DNA from: Stellaceae bacterium
GTDB taxonomy: Bacteria; Pseudomonadota; Alphaproteobacteria; ATCC43930; CGMCC-115725
Direction of reading: 5' to 3'
NCBI GenBank assembly: GCA_035604035.1
Contig: DATNJF010000404.1
Span: forward strand, 10,853 to 74,852
DNA: 64,000 nucleotides
This document shows positions 8,337 to 17,342 of this stretch, piece after piece. Under the pieces are notes generated by a model. It was not told where the DNA came from, made no database searches, and worked only from the letters and a program-made list of their open reading frames with translations. A program made the translations under genes and the position numbers. Within the stretch, counting starts at the first letter, position 1. Each line of letters starts with the position of its first letter.

Positions 8337-9454
8337 TAAACCGCGCCCCGCGCCACGATCGGCCAGATTGCCTCGACCCGGTCGCCGCGCACCCCGACAT
8401 ACCAGTCGTACAGGTTGACGGTCGGGTCGCAATGGCCCGGCACCAGCTTGATCTTGTCGCCGAGCTTCAGCCGGTTGGTCGCGGCATTGATGGTGAGCTT
8501 GCCGTGCTCATCGGAGGCGCGCTCATAGGTGGCGGCGGGCTCCTCCCAGACGGTGGGCATGCCGGAATCGACGCTGAGCGCCTTCAACCCGGCATCGACG
8601 ATGGCGCGATCCTCGGTTGGCCGGCTCATCACCGTCGCCCAGACGAAGAGGCTCGGCTCAAAGGCGCGGGTCTGGCCGCCGTCGCGGTCGAGGTTCCGGC
8701 CATAATCGGCGTCCATGAAGATGTACGAGCCGCATTGCAGCTCGGTGTAGACGCCGCTCGCGGTCTCGAACTCGAACGTCCCGGTGCCGGCGCCGGTAAC
8801 GTTGGCGCACTGGATGCCGTTCTGCGCGAGCAGGTCGCGGGTGCTTCCGGCCTTCTCGATCGCGCCGGCGATCGCCTTCTGCCGCTCGTCCCAGCCGCGC
8901 AGATGCTGGGCCGAGCCGTGATAGGCCTGCAATCCAGCGAAGGAGAGATACCGCGCGTCCATGATCTTGCGGGCGAGATCGAGCGCCGGGGCGCCGGGTT
9001 CGACCCCGCAGCGGTTGCCGCCCATATTGACCTCGACATGGACGGGGAGGGTGATCCCGGCCTCGCCCGCCGCCGCGTCGAGCGCGACGATTTGGGCCGG
9101 GTCGTCGGCGCAGGTGGCGATGCGCGCGCTGCCGGCCAGCCCCATCAGCCGGCGCAGCTTCTGCTTGCCGACGATCTCGTTGGTGACGAGCACGTCCTTG
9201 ACCCCGCCATAAACCATCGCCTCGGCTTCGCTGACTTTCTGGCAGCACACGCCGACCGCGCCTAGCTCCATCTGCTTCAGGGCGATGACCGCGCATTTAT
9301 GGGTCTTGGCATGCGGGCGCAGCCTGACTTTGCCGCCAGCCCGCTCGGGCAGGCGTTTGAGATTACGCTCGAACGCGTCGAGGTCGATGATGAGGGCCGG
9401 GGTGTCGACCTCGTCGAGCGACATGCCGATCTCGGCGGGCGGGCGGGTGGTCAT
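8333..9454 (-). CDS. DSD1-family PLP-dependent enzyme (D-serine dehydratase / D-threonine aldolase-like)
   Basis: RLRPHAKTHKC PLP-lysine motif, alanine-racemase-like N-domain and a C-terminal HCDPTVNLYD motif. ATG at 9454 has a GGAGG Shine-Dalgarno sequence. The ORF-track start at 9472 is TTG. Confidence 0.8.
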   Translation of the reverse strand: MTTRPPAEIGMSLDEVDTPALIIDLDAFERNLKRLPERAGGKVRLRPHAKTHKCAVIALKQMELGAVGVCCQKVSEAEAMVYGGVKDVLVTNEIVGKQKLRRLMGLAGSARIATCADDPAQIVALDAAAGEAGITLPVHVEVNMGGNRCGVEPGAPALDLARKIMDARYLSFAGLQAYHGSAQHLRGWDERQKAIAGAIEKAGSTRDLLAQNGIQCANVTGAGTGTFEFETASGVYTELQCGSYIFMDADYGRNLDRDGGQTRAFEPSLFVWATVMSRPTEDRAIVDAGLKALSVDSGMPTVWEEPAATYERASDEHGKLTINAATNRLKLGDKIKLVPGHCDPTVNLYDWYVGVRGDRVEAIWPIVARGAVY

Positions 9455-9577
9455 CGGCAAGCCTCCGCGCAATGTGACCCAGCGAGGCTTGCGCAGCGGG
9501 CGGAGAAATGCAACACGGGTAACAGGCGAAGATCGGCGATAGGCCGGCTATCGGGTACCGGGCGACGGGAGGGAACA

Positions 9578-10912
9578 ATGGCGGATACGGCGGTTTCGGC
9601 GGTCGAGACGGCGCTGGAAAACCAACGCATCGGCAGCCTGCAGGTCCGTGTGGCGATCCTGTGCACGCTGATCCAGATCTGCGACGGCTTCGACATCAAT
9701 TCGGTCGCCTGGGCGGTGCCGCGGCTGATCGATGTGTGGCATCTGCCGCCGCCGGCATTCACCAGCGCCTTTCTGTGGTCGAGCATCGGCATTCTCGTGG
9801 GCGCGCTGTCGGCCGGACCGATCGGCGACCGCGTCGGGCGCAAGCCCCTCCTGGTCGTCAGCCTGATCATCTTTGGGCTTGCCTCGATCGCAAGCGCTTA
9901 CTCGCCCTCGCTGCTGATGCTGACGATCACGCGATTTTTCACCGGGCTCGGGATCGGCGGTGCGTTCCCCGGTGCGGCGTCACTGGCGGGCGATTACGCG
10001 CCGCACCGTCGTCGCGCGCTGATGATCATGCTTAGCTTCACCGGCGCGCCGCTCGGCGGTTTCCTCGGCGGCCAGATCGTGGCGCTGTGGTTGCTGCCGC
10101 AATTCGGCTGGCAGTCGATCTTCATCGCCGGCGGCGTGTTCCCGCTGATCCTGGTGCCGGCGCTGCTGATTTGGTTGCCGGAGTCGCCGCGCTTTCTCGC
10201 TCATAAGGCGAATCCGTCGGCCCGCGATACCGCGCTGCTCAGGCGCCTCGACATCGAGCCGGGGCAGGGCCACTACATCGATGTCGCGCAGGGCAATCCA
10301 ATCGGGATGCTGTTCAGCCGCGGATACGCACTGCAAACGGTGCTGATGTGGATCATCTTCTTCTGCAGCCTCTTAAACCTGTTCCTATTCGGATATTGGA
10401 TGCCGACGGTGTTTAAGCTGATCGGCTACACTCCGGCACAGGCGGTGTTCGCCTCGAGCCTGCGGGATTGCGGCGCGATCTTCGCGGTGCTCTATCTCGG
10501 TTGGGCGATCGACCGCGTCGGGCCGGAGCGCTCGCTGGCACTGCATTATGCGGTGGGCTCGGTGTTCATCGCGATGATCGCGCTGGTGGCGTTGCCTTAC
10601 GCCTTGATGCTGGTCTTCACGTTCTTCGCCGGGATGACCATAATCGGCAGCCAGACTGGCGCTAACGCGACCTGCGGCAAGCTCTATCCGGCGCGGATGC
10701 GGACCAGCGGGCTCGGCTGGGCGCTCGGCATCGGCCGGTTGGGCGGCATCGTCGCGCCGCTCTTGGGCGGATATCTGTTGTCGCTTGGCCTGCCGCCGAC
10801 GCAGATCTTTCTCAGCGCCTGCGGCTTTGCGATCGTCGCGGCGGCGGCGACGGCGCTGCTGCATTTCCGCGGCAGCCGTGTCGAGGCCTTACGAGAGAGC
10901 ATCGCGTCATGA
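9578..10912 (+). CDS. MFS transporter (aromatic acid:H+ symporter-like)
   Basis: 12-TM profile with GPIGDRVGRKP (MFS motif A). Start at MADTAVS, preceded by GGGAGGGA. The upstream part of the ORF is antisense to the neighbouring gene. Confidence 0.8.
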   Translation: MADTAVSAVETALENQRIGSLQVRVAILCTLIQICDGFDINSVAWAVPRLIDVWHLPPPAFTSAFLWSSIGILVGALSAGPIGDRVGRKPLLVVSLIIFGLASIASAYSPSLLMLTITRFFTGLGIGGAFPGAASLAGDYAPHRRRALMIMLSFTGAPLGGFLGGQIVALWLLPQFGWQSIFIAGGVFPLILVPALLIWLPESPRFLAHKANPSARDTALLRRLDIEPGQGHYIDVAQGNPIGMLFSRGYALQTVLMWIIFFCSLLNLFLFGYWMPTVFKLIGYTPAQAVFASSLRDCGAIFAVLYLGWAIDRVGPERSLALHYAVGSVFIAMIALVALPYALMLVFTFFAGMTIIGSQTGANATCGKLYPARMRTSGLGWALGIGRLGGIVAPLLGGYLLSLGLPPTQIFLSACGFAIVAAAATALLHFRGSRVEALRESIAS

Positions 10913-12114
10913 AGGTTTTCGTCTTTGACCTTTTGGCCTACGACGCCAATCTCGACCATCTGAAGGGTGCCGAGACCGAGCTGCCCTACCCGCTCGCCGG
11001 CCGCTATTTCGACCGCGACATCGCGATGCGCACCTACGAGGAACATCTCGACGCCTGGGAGCTCCTCGATAAGCTCGGCTATGACGGGGTCGGGTTCAAC
11101 GAGCACCACTGCTCGCCCTATGGGCTGATGAACAGCCCCAATCTGATGGCCGCCGCGGCGGCGCAGCGCACTAAGAATTTGAAGCTGCTGATCTACGGCA
11201 ACCTCCTGCCGCTGCACGAGCCGCTGCGCCTCGCCGAGGAATTGGCCATGATCGACTGCCTGTCGAAGGGGCGGCTCATCTCGGGCTTCGCTCGTGGCAT
11301 CCCCCGCGAGTACCAAGTGCACAACGTCGCGCTGTCGGAATCACGGGCGCGGTTCGAGGAAGCCTACGACATCATCACCCGCGCCTGGACCGAGGAGGTG
11401 TTCTCCTACGAGGGCAAGTTTTGGTCATACAAGGACGTGGCGCTGTGGCCGCGCCCGGTACAGCGCCCGCACCCGCCGATCTGGGTGCCGGTGGTCGGCA
11501 GTCAGGAGTCGATCGAATTCGCCGGCAGGCACAATCTGCCGATCACCCCTGGTCTCCGCCGCGCCCGCGGTCTGCGTGACGACATCATCCGCTTTTATGC
11601 GAAGTGCCTGGCGCAGGCGGGCCATCGCATCACCCCCGACCATCTGTCGCTCGGCATCACCGCCTATGTCGCCGACTCGAAGAAGCAGGCGCTGCAGGAG
11701 TACGGGCCGCACATTCTCTATTTCAACCGCACCCTCTTCAGCCACGGCAATTTCACCGAGACCGCGATGCAGCGGCAGACGGGGTACTCGTCGCAATCCT
11801 CGACCGATTACGTGCGGCCGGAGAACCTGCGCGCCGCCGCCAATCTGCGCTCGGAATTCCGCAACCTGACCATGGAGCAGCTGGAGGAGCAGGCCGAGCA
11901 CATGCCGATGGGCACCGCCGACGAGGTTATCCAGCGCATCATCGACGCCGCCGAGAGCGCAGGCGCCAATCAGGTGCAGCTGGCGCTCAATCGCGGCGCG
12001 CTGCCGCACGACCTCTTTATGGCGCAGATCGCGCGCTTCGCCCGCGAGGTGCTGCCGGCGCTGCAAGCGCACGAGGTCAAGACCGTGCCGGCCGCTGAAG
12101 AGGCAATGGCCTGA
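10909..12114 (+). CDS. LLM-class flavin-dependent oxidoreductase
   Basis: 401 aa. GYDGVGFNEHH...IDCLSKGRLISGFARG. ATGA overlap with the MFS stop. Confidence 0.8.
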   Translation: MKVFVFDLLAYDANLDHLKGAETELPYPLAGRYFDRDIAMRTYEEHLDAWELLDKLGYDGVGFNEHHCSPYGLMNSPNLMAAAAAQRTKNLKLLIYGNLLPLHEPLRLAEELAMIDCLSKGRLISGFARGIPREYQVHNVALSESRARFEEAYDIITRAWTEEVFSYEGKFWSYKDVALWPRPVQRPHPPIWVPVVGSQESIEFAGRHNLPITPGLRRARGLRDDIIRFYAKCLAQAGHRITPDHLSLGITAYVADSKKQALQEYGPHILYFNRTLFSHGNFTETAMQRQTGYSSQSSTDYVRPENLRAAANLRSEFRNLTMEQLEEQAEHMPMGTADEVIQRIIDAAESAGANQVQLALNRGALPHDLFMAQIARFAREVLPALQAHEVKTVPAAEEAMA

Positions 12115-12155
12115 GGTGCGGGCAGCGATGATGGCCTGAGAGCGGACCAACCCAC

Positions 12156-13319
12156 ATGGCCCACGACGTTTTCATCAGTCATTCGCACCAGGACAAGCCT
12201 GCGGCGGACGCCGTCTGCCACCATCTCGAAGCCGCCGGAGTCCGCTGTTGGATCGCGCCGCGCGATGTCGGCTACGGCAAGAACTGGGACGGGGCAATCG
12301 TCGATGCGATAGCCGAGTCGAAGCTTGTGGTCATCATCTTCTCGGCAGCGGCCAACAACTCGGGACACGTCCTCAACGAGGTCGTGACCGCGCTGGGCGC
12401 GGGGAAGACGGTTATCCCGTTCCGCATCGACGCGGTGGCACCGACCGGCGCGCTGCTTTACCACCTCGGCCGCCTGCATTGGCTTGATGCAGAGACGCCG
12501 CCGCTGGAATCGCATATCGAGATGCTGGTCGAGACCGCACGGCGCAACCTGTCGCCAGGGGACGCCGACAGCGACAGCTCTGCTGTTCCCGTCGAGGCAA
12601 AGGGTGAAAGCCCGCGGCCGCGGGCCCCAGCGCCGCCGCCTGCTGCGAGCGTGCCCGCTCCGGCGCGCTCACGCAAGCCCATCCTCGTCGCCATTGTTGT
12701 CGCGGCGATCGTCGTGGTGGCGGTGGCAGTCGTGGTGACGCAGAGCAGGTGGCTCGGTTCATTCGGCAATCGCCAGGTGCCGACGCCGGCGCCGACAGCT
12801 CCACCGCCAGTGCCGGAGCCGTCGCCGGCCCCTGCGCCGGTCACACCGCCGCCGGCAGAGCCGAGCCCGCCGGCGGTGGCGACACCCGCACCCGCGCCGC
12901 AACCGCCGCAGCCGGCGCCAACTCCCGCTCCAGCCGTACCCGCGCCCGTCCTGCCCAAAGCCCCGACCTCGACGGCGCCGCATGACGGCATCTGGCGCGG
13001 CATCCGCTATTGTCCGGAATGGCAGGGGCACCCGGCCTTTCAGCATCCAATCGCGATGACGATCCAGAACAACGAAGCCGAGTCGATGAACCGGATTCAG
13101 GCCGGTACGCCCGGCTATCTGACGTTCGCCGGCAAGGTTGGTCCGGACGGAAAGTTGAGCCTCAACGGTTACGGTATATCGAATGGTCTTGCCGGCGGTC
13201 TCCCGCTCGGTGCGCAGTTTGAATTTGCCTTTACCGGAGTAATCTCCGGCGATGTCTTCAATGCGAAGGTCACCGGCAGTCCGCGCTCGTGCACGCTGCA
13301 GATGACCCGCGAGCACTAG
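12156..13319 (+). CDS. TIR-domain protein with a single TM helix, proline-rich linker and an uncharacterised C-terminal (predicted periplasmic) domain
   Basis: aa 1-135 form a TIR_2-type domain (DVFISHSHQDK...RCWIAPRD...VVIIFSAAANNSGHVLNEVVTA, putative catalytic Glu75). The TM helix ILVAIVVAAIVVVAVAVVVT covers aa 176-195. aa 208-275 are P/A/T-rich. aa 276-387 form a unique domain with Cys286 and Cys379. Confidence 0.85.
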   Translation: MAHDVFISHSHQDKPAADAVCHHLEAAGVRCWIAPRDVGYGKNWDGAIVDAIAESKLVVIIFSAAANNSGHVLNEVVTALGAGKTVIPFRIDAVAPTGALLYHLGRLHWLDAETPPLESHIEMLVETARRNLSPGDADSDSSAVPVEAKGESPRPRAPAPPPAASVPAPARSRKPILVAIVVAAIVVVAVAVVVTQSRWLGSFGNRQVPTPAPTAPPPVPEPSPAPAPVTPPPAEPSPPAVATPAPAPQPPQPAPTPAPAVPAPVLPKAPTSTAPHDGIWRGIRYCPEWQGHPAFQHPIAMTIQNNEAESMNRIQAGTPGYLTFAGKVGPDGKLSLNGYGISNGLAGGLPLGAQFEFAFTGVISGDVFNAKVTGSPRSCTLQMTREH

Positions 13320-13334
13320 CGGCAAATCGATGCC

Positions 13335-14129
13335 ATGAAAGAAGCCGTCGCATCCGATCTCGATCCCGTCGGGCTCACCCGAAGCGCGGAGCCCTTGACC
13401 CGAAAGCTGTCGCGGCTGGTGGCGCTGTCGCCGGCGGAAACCGAAGTGCTGCGCGAGCTGCAGTCACACGGCCGCCGCGTCGCGCGCGGCCGTGAGATGG
13501 TCGTCGAAGGCCGCAAATACGATGAGCTGCTGATCCTTCTCGATGGCGTGGCGCTGCGCTACCGCCTGCTCAACGACGGCCGCCGCCAGGTCCTCAACAT
13601 CGTGCTGCCGGGCGAGTTCATCGGCTTTCCCGGCTGCTTTTTCGAGGGCGCGCTCTATTCGATCTCGGCGCTCAGCGATTGCGTCGTCTCGCCGGTGCCT
13701 TTCACCCGCTTCCTGCGCCTGTCCGAGACCCACCCCCGGCTCGGCGCGGCGGTCTTCTGGTCGCTCAGCTGCGAAACGGCGATGTATGCCGAGCACCTGA
13801 TCGGGATTGGCCGGCGCTCGGCCTTGGAACGGGTCGCGCATTTCCTGCTCGAGATGTTGATCCGGTTGCAGGGGATCGGCCTTGCCGACGAGCGCTCCTA
13901 CCGCCTGCCGCTGACCCAGGAGCTCATCGCCGACGCGCTCGGTCTCAGCGTGCAATACGTCAACCAGACCCTGCGTCAGCTGCGCGAGGAGGGACTCGCT
14001 ACGGTCGAGCGTCAGCAGGTGACGATCCTCAATCTCGACGGCCTCGCCGCGCTCGCCGATTTCGAGCGCAACTACATCAGCCGCTCCCGCTTCGCCGAGC
14101 TCGCCGCGGAGAATTGGCCGAGCACCTAG
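13335..14129 (+). CDS. Crp/Fnr-family transcriptional regulator (cNMP-binding-like domain plus C-terminal HTH)
   Basis: 264 aa. Beta-barrel region GEFIGFPGCFFEGALYSISALSDCVV and HTH LTQELIADALGLSVQYVNQTLRQLREEGL. Starts 15 nt after the TIR gene stop. Confidence 0.85.
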   Translation: MKEAVASDLDPVGLTRSAEPLTRKLSRLVALSPAETEVLRELQSHGRRVARGREMVVEGRKYDELLILLDGVALRYRLLNDGRRQVLNIVLPGEFIGFPGCFFEGALYSISALSDCVVSPVPFTRFLRLSETHPRLGAAVFWSLSCETAMYAEHLIGIGRRSALERVAHFLLEMLIRLQGIGLADERSYRLPLTQELIADALGLSVQYVNQTLRQLREEGLATVERQQVTILNLDGLAALADFERNYISRSRFAELAAENWPST

Positions 14130-14258
14130 AAGCGTCGAGCCGGTTGGATAGATTCAACGGGTAGATTCAAGACGGTTCGCGCAGACAGCGGATAATGCCT
14201 CCCAACGAAGCCGGCCCTTGAAACGAGCAAAATCGCCGGCTCGGACAGGGAGGCTTCC

Positions 14259-14507
14259 GTGCTGGACAGCCGGAAACGCAAGGTTCAGCCCGCAATGCGA
14301 GAGTCCCAGCCATTTCTGCGCCGGCTGGAACGCGTTGCCGAGGAGCTCAACCCGGTTCTGATCGTGATCGTTATCGGGCTGGCGCTCCTCGATTTCAGCG
14401 TTTTCGCCGCGCTCGAATTGCGAAATCTACCGCTGCGCCAGGTATCGGGCGACGGTCAGGTAAGGCCACTCACCCTTGGCGAGGCCATCGGCTTGCCGCA
14501 ACGCTAA
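14259..14507 (+). CDS. small hypothetical membrane protein (one TM)
   Basis: 82 aa. GTG start preceded by GGGAGG at -7. TM segment LNPVLIVIVIGLALLDFSVFAAL. No recognisable family. Confidence 0.4.
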   Translation: MLDSRKRKVQPAMRESQPFLRRLERVAEELNPVLIVIVIGLALLDFSVFAALELRNLPLRQVSGDGQVRPLTLGEAIGLPQR

Positions 14508-14567
14508 AGCGGGCGATGCGGGCAATCAAATAACAAAGATCGATGCGTGAGAAGATCACTATAGCGC

Positions 14568-14587
14568 TTGTCACAATACTGTAACAA
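14568..14587. promoter_or_regulatory. near-palindrome ttgtcacaatactgtaacaa in an AT-rich intergenic region; candidate Crp/Fnr-type box
   Basis: TTGT-N12-ACAA dyad, 16/20 positions symmetric. It lies within the unusually AT-rich stretch 14508-14700, upstream of the kinase gene. Confidence 0.3.
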
Positions 14588-14764
14588 GTTCGAATTTCCC
14601 AATTTTAGTCACGATATTTTGGTAAACTAGAGTAACCCTAATTTAATCCCCATCGATAATACTCGCTGAGACGAGCGACGAGTCTTTGCACGATGACTGT
14701 TTCCACGGAGAGCTAGGCAGAAGACCTTGACAGCGTCTGCATTGCCGCGGCTGCGGTCCCGGTC

Positions 14765-15937
14765 GTGCCGGTCGCTCCTGAAACCCGTTGCGCCGAGGTC
14801 TATGAGCGCTTTCGCGCCGATGCCGGTACGGTGGCGCTGCCGGTGGTGCGGGGAGAAACGCCGATCGGCCTCGTCAACCGGTACGATTTGACGATGAGCC
14901 TGGCGCAGGATTACGGCCGCGCCCTTTACGCGCAAAAGCCGATCACCGTGCGGATGGACCCAAATCCGCTGATCGTCGAGAGCGGCGTCGCGATCGACGC
15001 GCTCGAATGGATGATCGCGGCAAACCGACCGGCGGCGTTGGCCCGCGGATTTATCGTCGTGCGCGATGGCGGCTATATCGGGGTCGGCACGGCGCTGACC
15101 CTGTTGCAGCTCAGCATGGCGCGCAGCGAGCAACGCAATCGCCAGATCGAGGACGCCCGCAGCGCCGCGGAGGCGGCAAACCGCGCAAAATCGCGCTTCC
15201 TCGCGGTGATGAGCCACGAGCTCCGCACTCCGCTCAACGCGATCATCGGGTTTTCCGACCTGATGCGGACCGGCGTCTTCGGACCGATCGGCGTGCCCCG
15301 CTACGCCGAGTATCTGAACGATATTCATGCGAGCGCCGAGAGCCTGCTTGGCCTCATCAACGATATCCTCGACACCGCCAAGATCGACAGTGGCAAGATG
15401 GAACTGTTCGAGGAGGCGGTGGATCTTGAGGATCAGGTGACCGCGGCGCTGCGTATTGTCGCGCCGCGCGCCCTTTCGGTCGGCGTTCAGTTGCAGGCCG
15501 AGATTTGTCCGCTTCTGCGGAGCTTGTTTGCCGATCGCCGGGCCGTCCGGCAGATCCTGCTGAACCTCCTGAGCAATGCCATCAAGTTCTCGCCGAATGG
15601 CAGCGTGACCGCGGCGGTGCGCGAGGAGCCCAACGGCGCGCTCACCCTCGTCGTCAGTGATACCGGGATCGGCATGTCGGCCGGCGAGGTTCAGATCGCG
15701 CTGTCGCCGTTCGGCCAAATCGCCAACGAGCATACGCGGACGCATGACGGCTCCGGGCTCGGACTGCCGCTCGTCAAGAGCATGGCGGCGTTGCACGGAG
15801 CCGAGTTTGCGATCGAAAGCCAACCCGGGATCGGCACCACGGTGACGATCGTGTTCCCCGGCTCGCGAGTCCTGCGCCACCGGAAGCCGGCGGGCGAGCG
15901 CCTTTTGCCGCTGGTGGAATTGAGCCAGGCCGTCTAA
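14765..15937 (+). CDS. soluble sensor histidine kinase (unassigned N-terminal sensor domain, HisKA, HATPase_c)
   Basis: H-box FLAVMSHELRTPLNAIIGFSDLM, N-box LLNLLSNAIKFSP, G-boxes DTGIGM and GSGLGLPLV. GTG start, with an in-frame stop at 14714. No TM segment and no adjacent response regulator. Confidence 0.85.
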   Translation: MPVAPETRCAEVYERFRADAGTVALPVVRGETPIGLVNRYDLTMSLAQDYGRALYAQKPITVRMDPNPLIVESGVAIDALEWMIAANRPAALARGFIVVRDGGYIGVGTALTLLQLSMARSEQRNRQIEDARSAAEAANRAKSRFLAVMSHELRTPLNAIIGFSDLMRTGVFGPIGVPRYAEYLNDIHASAESLLGLINDILDTAKIDSGKMELFEEAVDLEDQVTAALRIVAPRALSVGVQLQAEICPLLRSLFADRRAVRQILLNLLSNAIKFSPNGSVTAAVREEPNGALTLVVSDTGIGMSAGEVQIALSPFGQIANEHTRTHDGSGLGLPLVKSMAALHGAEFAIESQPGIGTTVTIVFPGSRVLRHRKPAGERLLPLVELSQAV

Positions 15938-16048
15938 GGCTCTGCCAAAATCGGGCCGGCGCCGGCTTGACGCGACGCCCTCGTCGCCGTAGAACCCGCG
16001 CTCCCGCGCGCGGATCATCGCCGCGGCAGTGATTTCATAAGGTGCGGC

Positions 16049-16336
16049 ATGGCGCGCAGATGCCCGGTTACCGGCAAGGGTGTCCAAGTCGGCAACAATG
16101 TCAGCCACTCGAACCGCAAGACCAAGCGGCGGTTTCTACCCAATCTGCAGACGATCTCGCTGCTATCGGACAGCGTTGGGGCGATCCGGCTGCGGCTTTC
16201 GACCAACGCGATTCGGACGATCGAGTTCAAGGGCGGCATCGACGCGTTCCTCAAAAACACGCCCGCGCGCAAATTGTCGCCGGAAATCCGCCGCCTCAAG
16301 AAACGCATCGAGGGCGCCGCCGCCAACCGCGTCTAG
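16049..16336 (+). CDS. rpmB: 50S ribosomal protein L28
   Basis: [34 protein letters not shown] is the canonical L28 N-terminus. Confidence 0.95.
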   Translation: MARRCPVTGKGVQVGNNVSHSNRKTKRRFLPNLQTISLLSDSVGAIRLRLSTNAIRTIEFKGGIDAFLKNTPARKLSPEIRRLKKRIEGAAANRV

Positions 16337-16445
16337 GGCCGGTTACCACCAACCATCCGTCGCAATCAACTCCGAGTGAGCGGGGCTTCGTCCCCGCGCG
16401 ACGATCACCTATGGTCGCGCCCGCAAAGAAATAGGGGAGGCGATC

Positions 16446-17333
16446 ATGGATACCTACGCGCCCGAACTTTACGAGGTGCTGCCGCGCGCGAGCTGGTCGC
16501 GCCGCGGTTTTGTGGTGACTTCGCTGGCGACCGGGTTCGCCCTGGCGGCAGGGCCGATCTCGGCGCAGACGATCACCACCGACACCAACGGTCTCGATGT
16601 CGCCGAGGTCAAGGTGCCGACCGCCGACGGCGAGATGCCGGCCTACCGGGCGATGCCGGCGCCCAATGGTCCCTTTGGCGGCGGGCCGTTCGCGACCGTC
16701 CTCGTGGTGCAGGAAATCTTCGGCGTCCACGAGCATATCAAGGACATTTGTCGGCGCCTCGCCAAGGCCGGGTACTTCGCCATCGCGCCCGAGCTCTATG
16801 CGCGCCAGGGCGACCCATCGACTTATAATGACATCCCGAAACTGGTCGCCGATATCGTCTCGAAGGTGCCGGATTACGAGGTGCTGGGCGATCTCGACGC
16901 CACGGTCATCTATTCGAGGGGTACCGGCAAGGCCGACACCAAGCGGCTTGCCATCACCGGGTTTTGCTGGGGCGGCCGTCCGGTCTGGCTCTATGCCGCA
17001 CACAACCCCGGCCTGAAGGCCGCAGCTTCGTGGTATGGCCCGATCGACCGGCCGCGCACCGATCTGCAGCCGAAATACCCGATCGACCTCGCCGGCGAGT
17101 TGAAATGTCCGGTGCTTGGGCTATACGGCGCGCTCGACAAGGGGATACCGGTCGAAAGCGTCGATCGCATGGCGGACGCCTGCAAGGCCGCCGGCAAGAC
17201 CTGTGAGTTCAAGATCTACCCGGATGCAGGCCACGCCTTCAACGCCGACTACCGACCGAGCTACAACGAAGCGGACGCCAAGGACGGCTGGGGGCTGATG
17301 CTCGCCTGGTTCAAGAAATACGGCGTCGCCTAG
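16446..17333 (+). CDS. dienelactone hydrolase family protein with Tat-type signal peptide
   Basis: [24 protein letters not shown] twin-arginine leader and ITGFCWGG nucleophile elbow. Confidence 0.8.
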   Translation: MDTYAPELYEVLPRASWSRRGFVVTSLATGFALAAGPISAQTITTDTNGLDVAEVKVPTADGEMPAYRAMPAPNGPFGGGPFATVLVVQEIFGVHEHIKDICRRLAKAGYFAIAPELYARQGDPSTYNDIPKLVADIVSKVPDYEVLGDLDATVIYSRGTGKADTKRLAITGFCWGGRPVWLYAAHNPGLKAAASWYGPIDRPRTDLQPKYPIDLAGELKCPVLGLYGALDKGIPVESVDRMADACKAAGKTCEFKIYPDAGHAFNADYRPSYNEADAKDGWGLMLAWFKKYGVA

Positions 17334-17342
17334 CCGGTCGGC

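Noticed and set aside
12777-12980. Proline/alanine-rich repetitive DNA considered as a tandem repeat or VNTR.
   Set aside because: It is in frame within the TIR protein ORF and is imperfect at the nucleotide level. It is interpreted as a low-complexity periplasmic linker rather than a DNA repeat element.
14586-14600. tRNA-like T-loop string gttcgaat.
   Set aside because: There is no preceding GG, no acceptor or anticodon stems can be drawn, and the surrounding sequence is AT-rich non-structured DNA.
16380-16397. Hairpin gcggggcttcgtccccgc after rpmB as a Rho-independent terminator.
   Set aside because: The stem is only 6 bp and is not followed by a T-tract. It is too weak to call.
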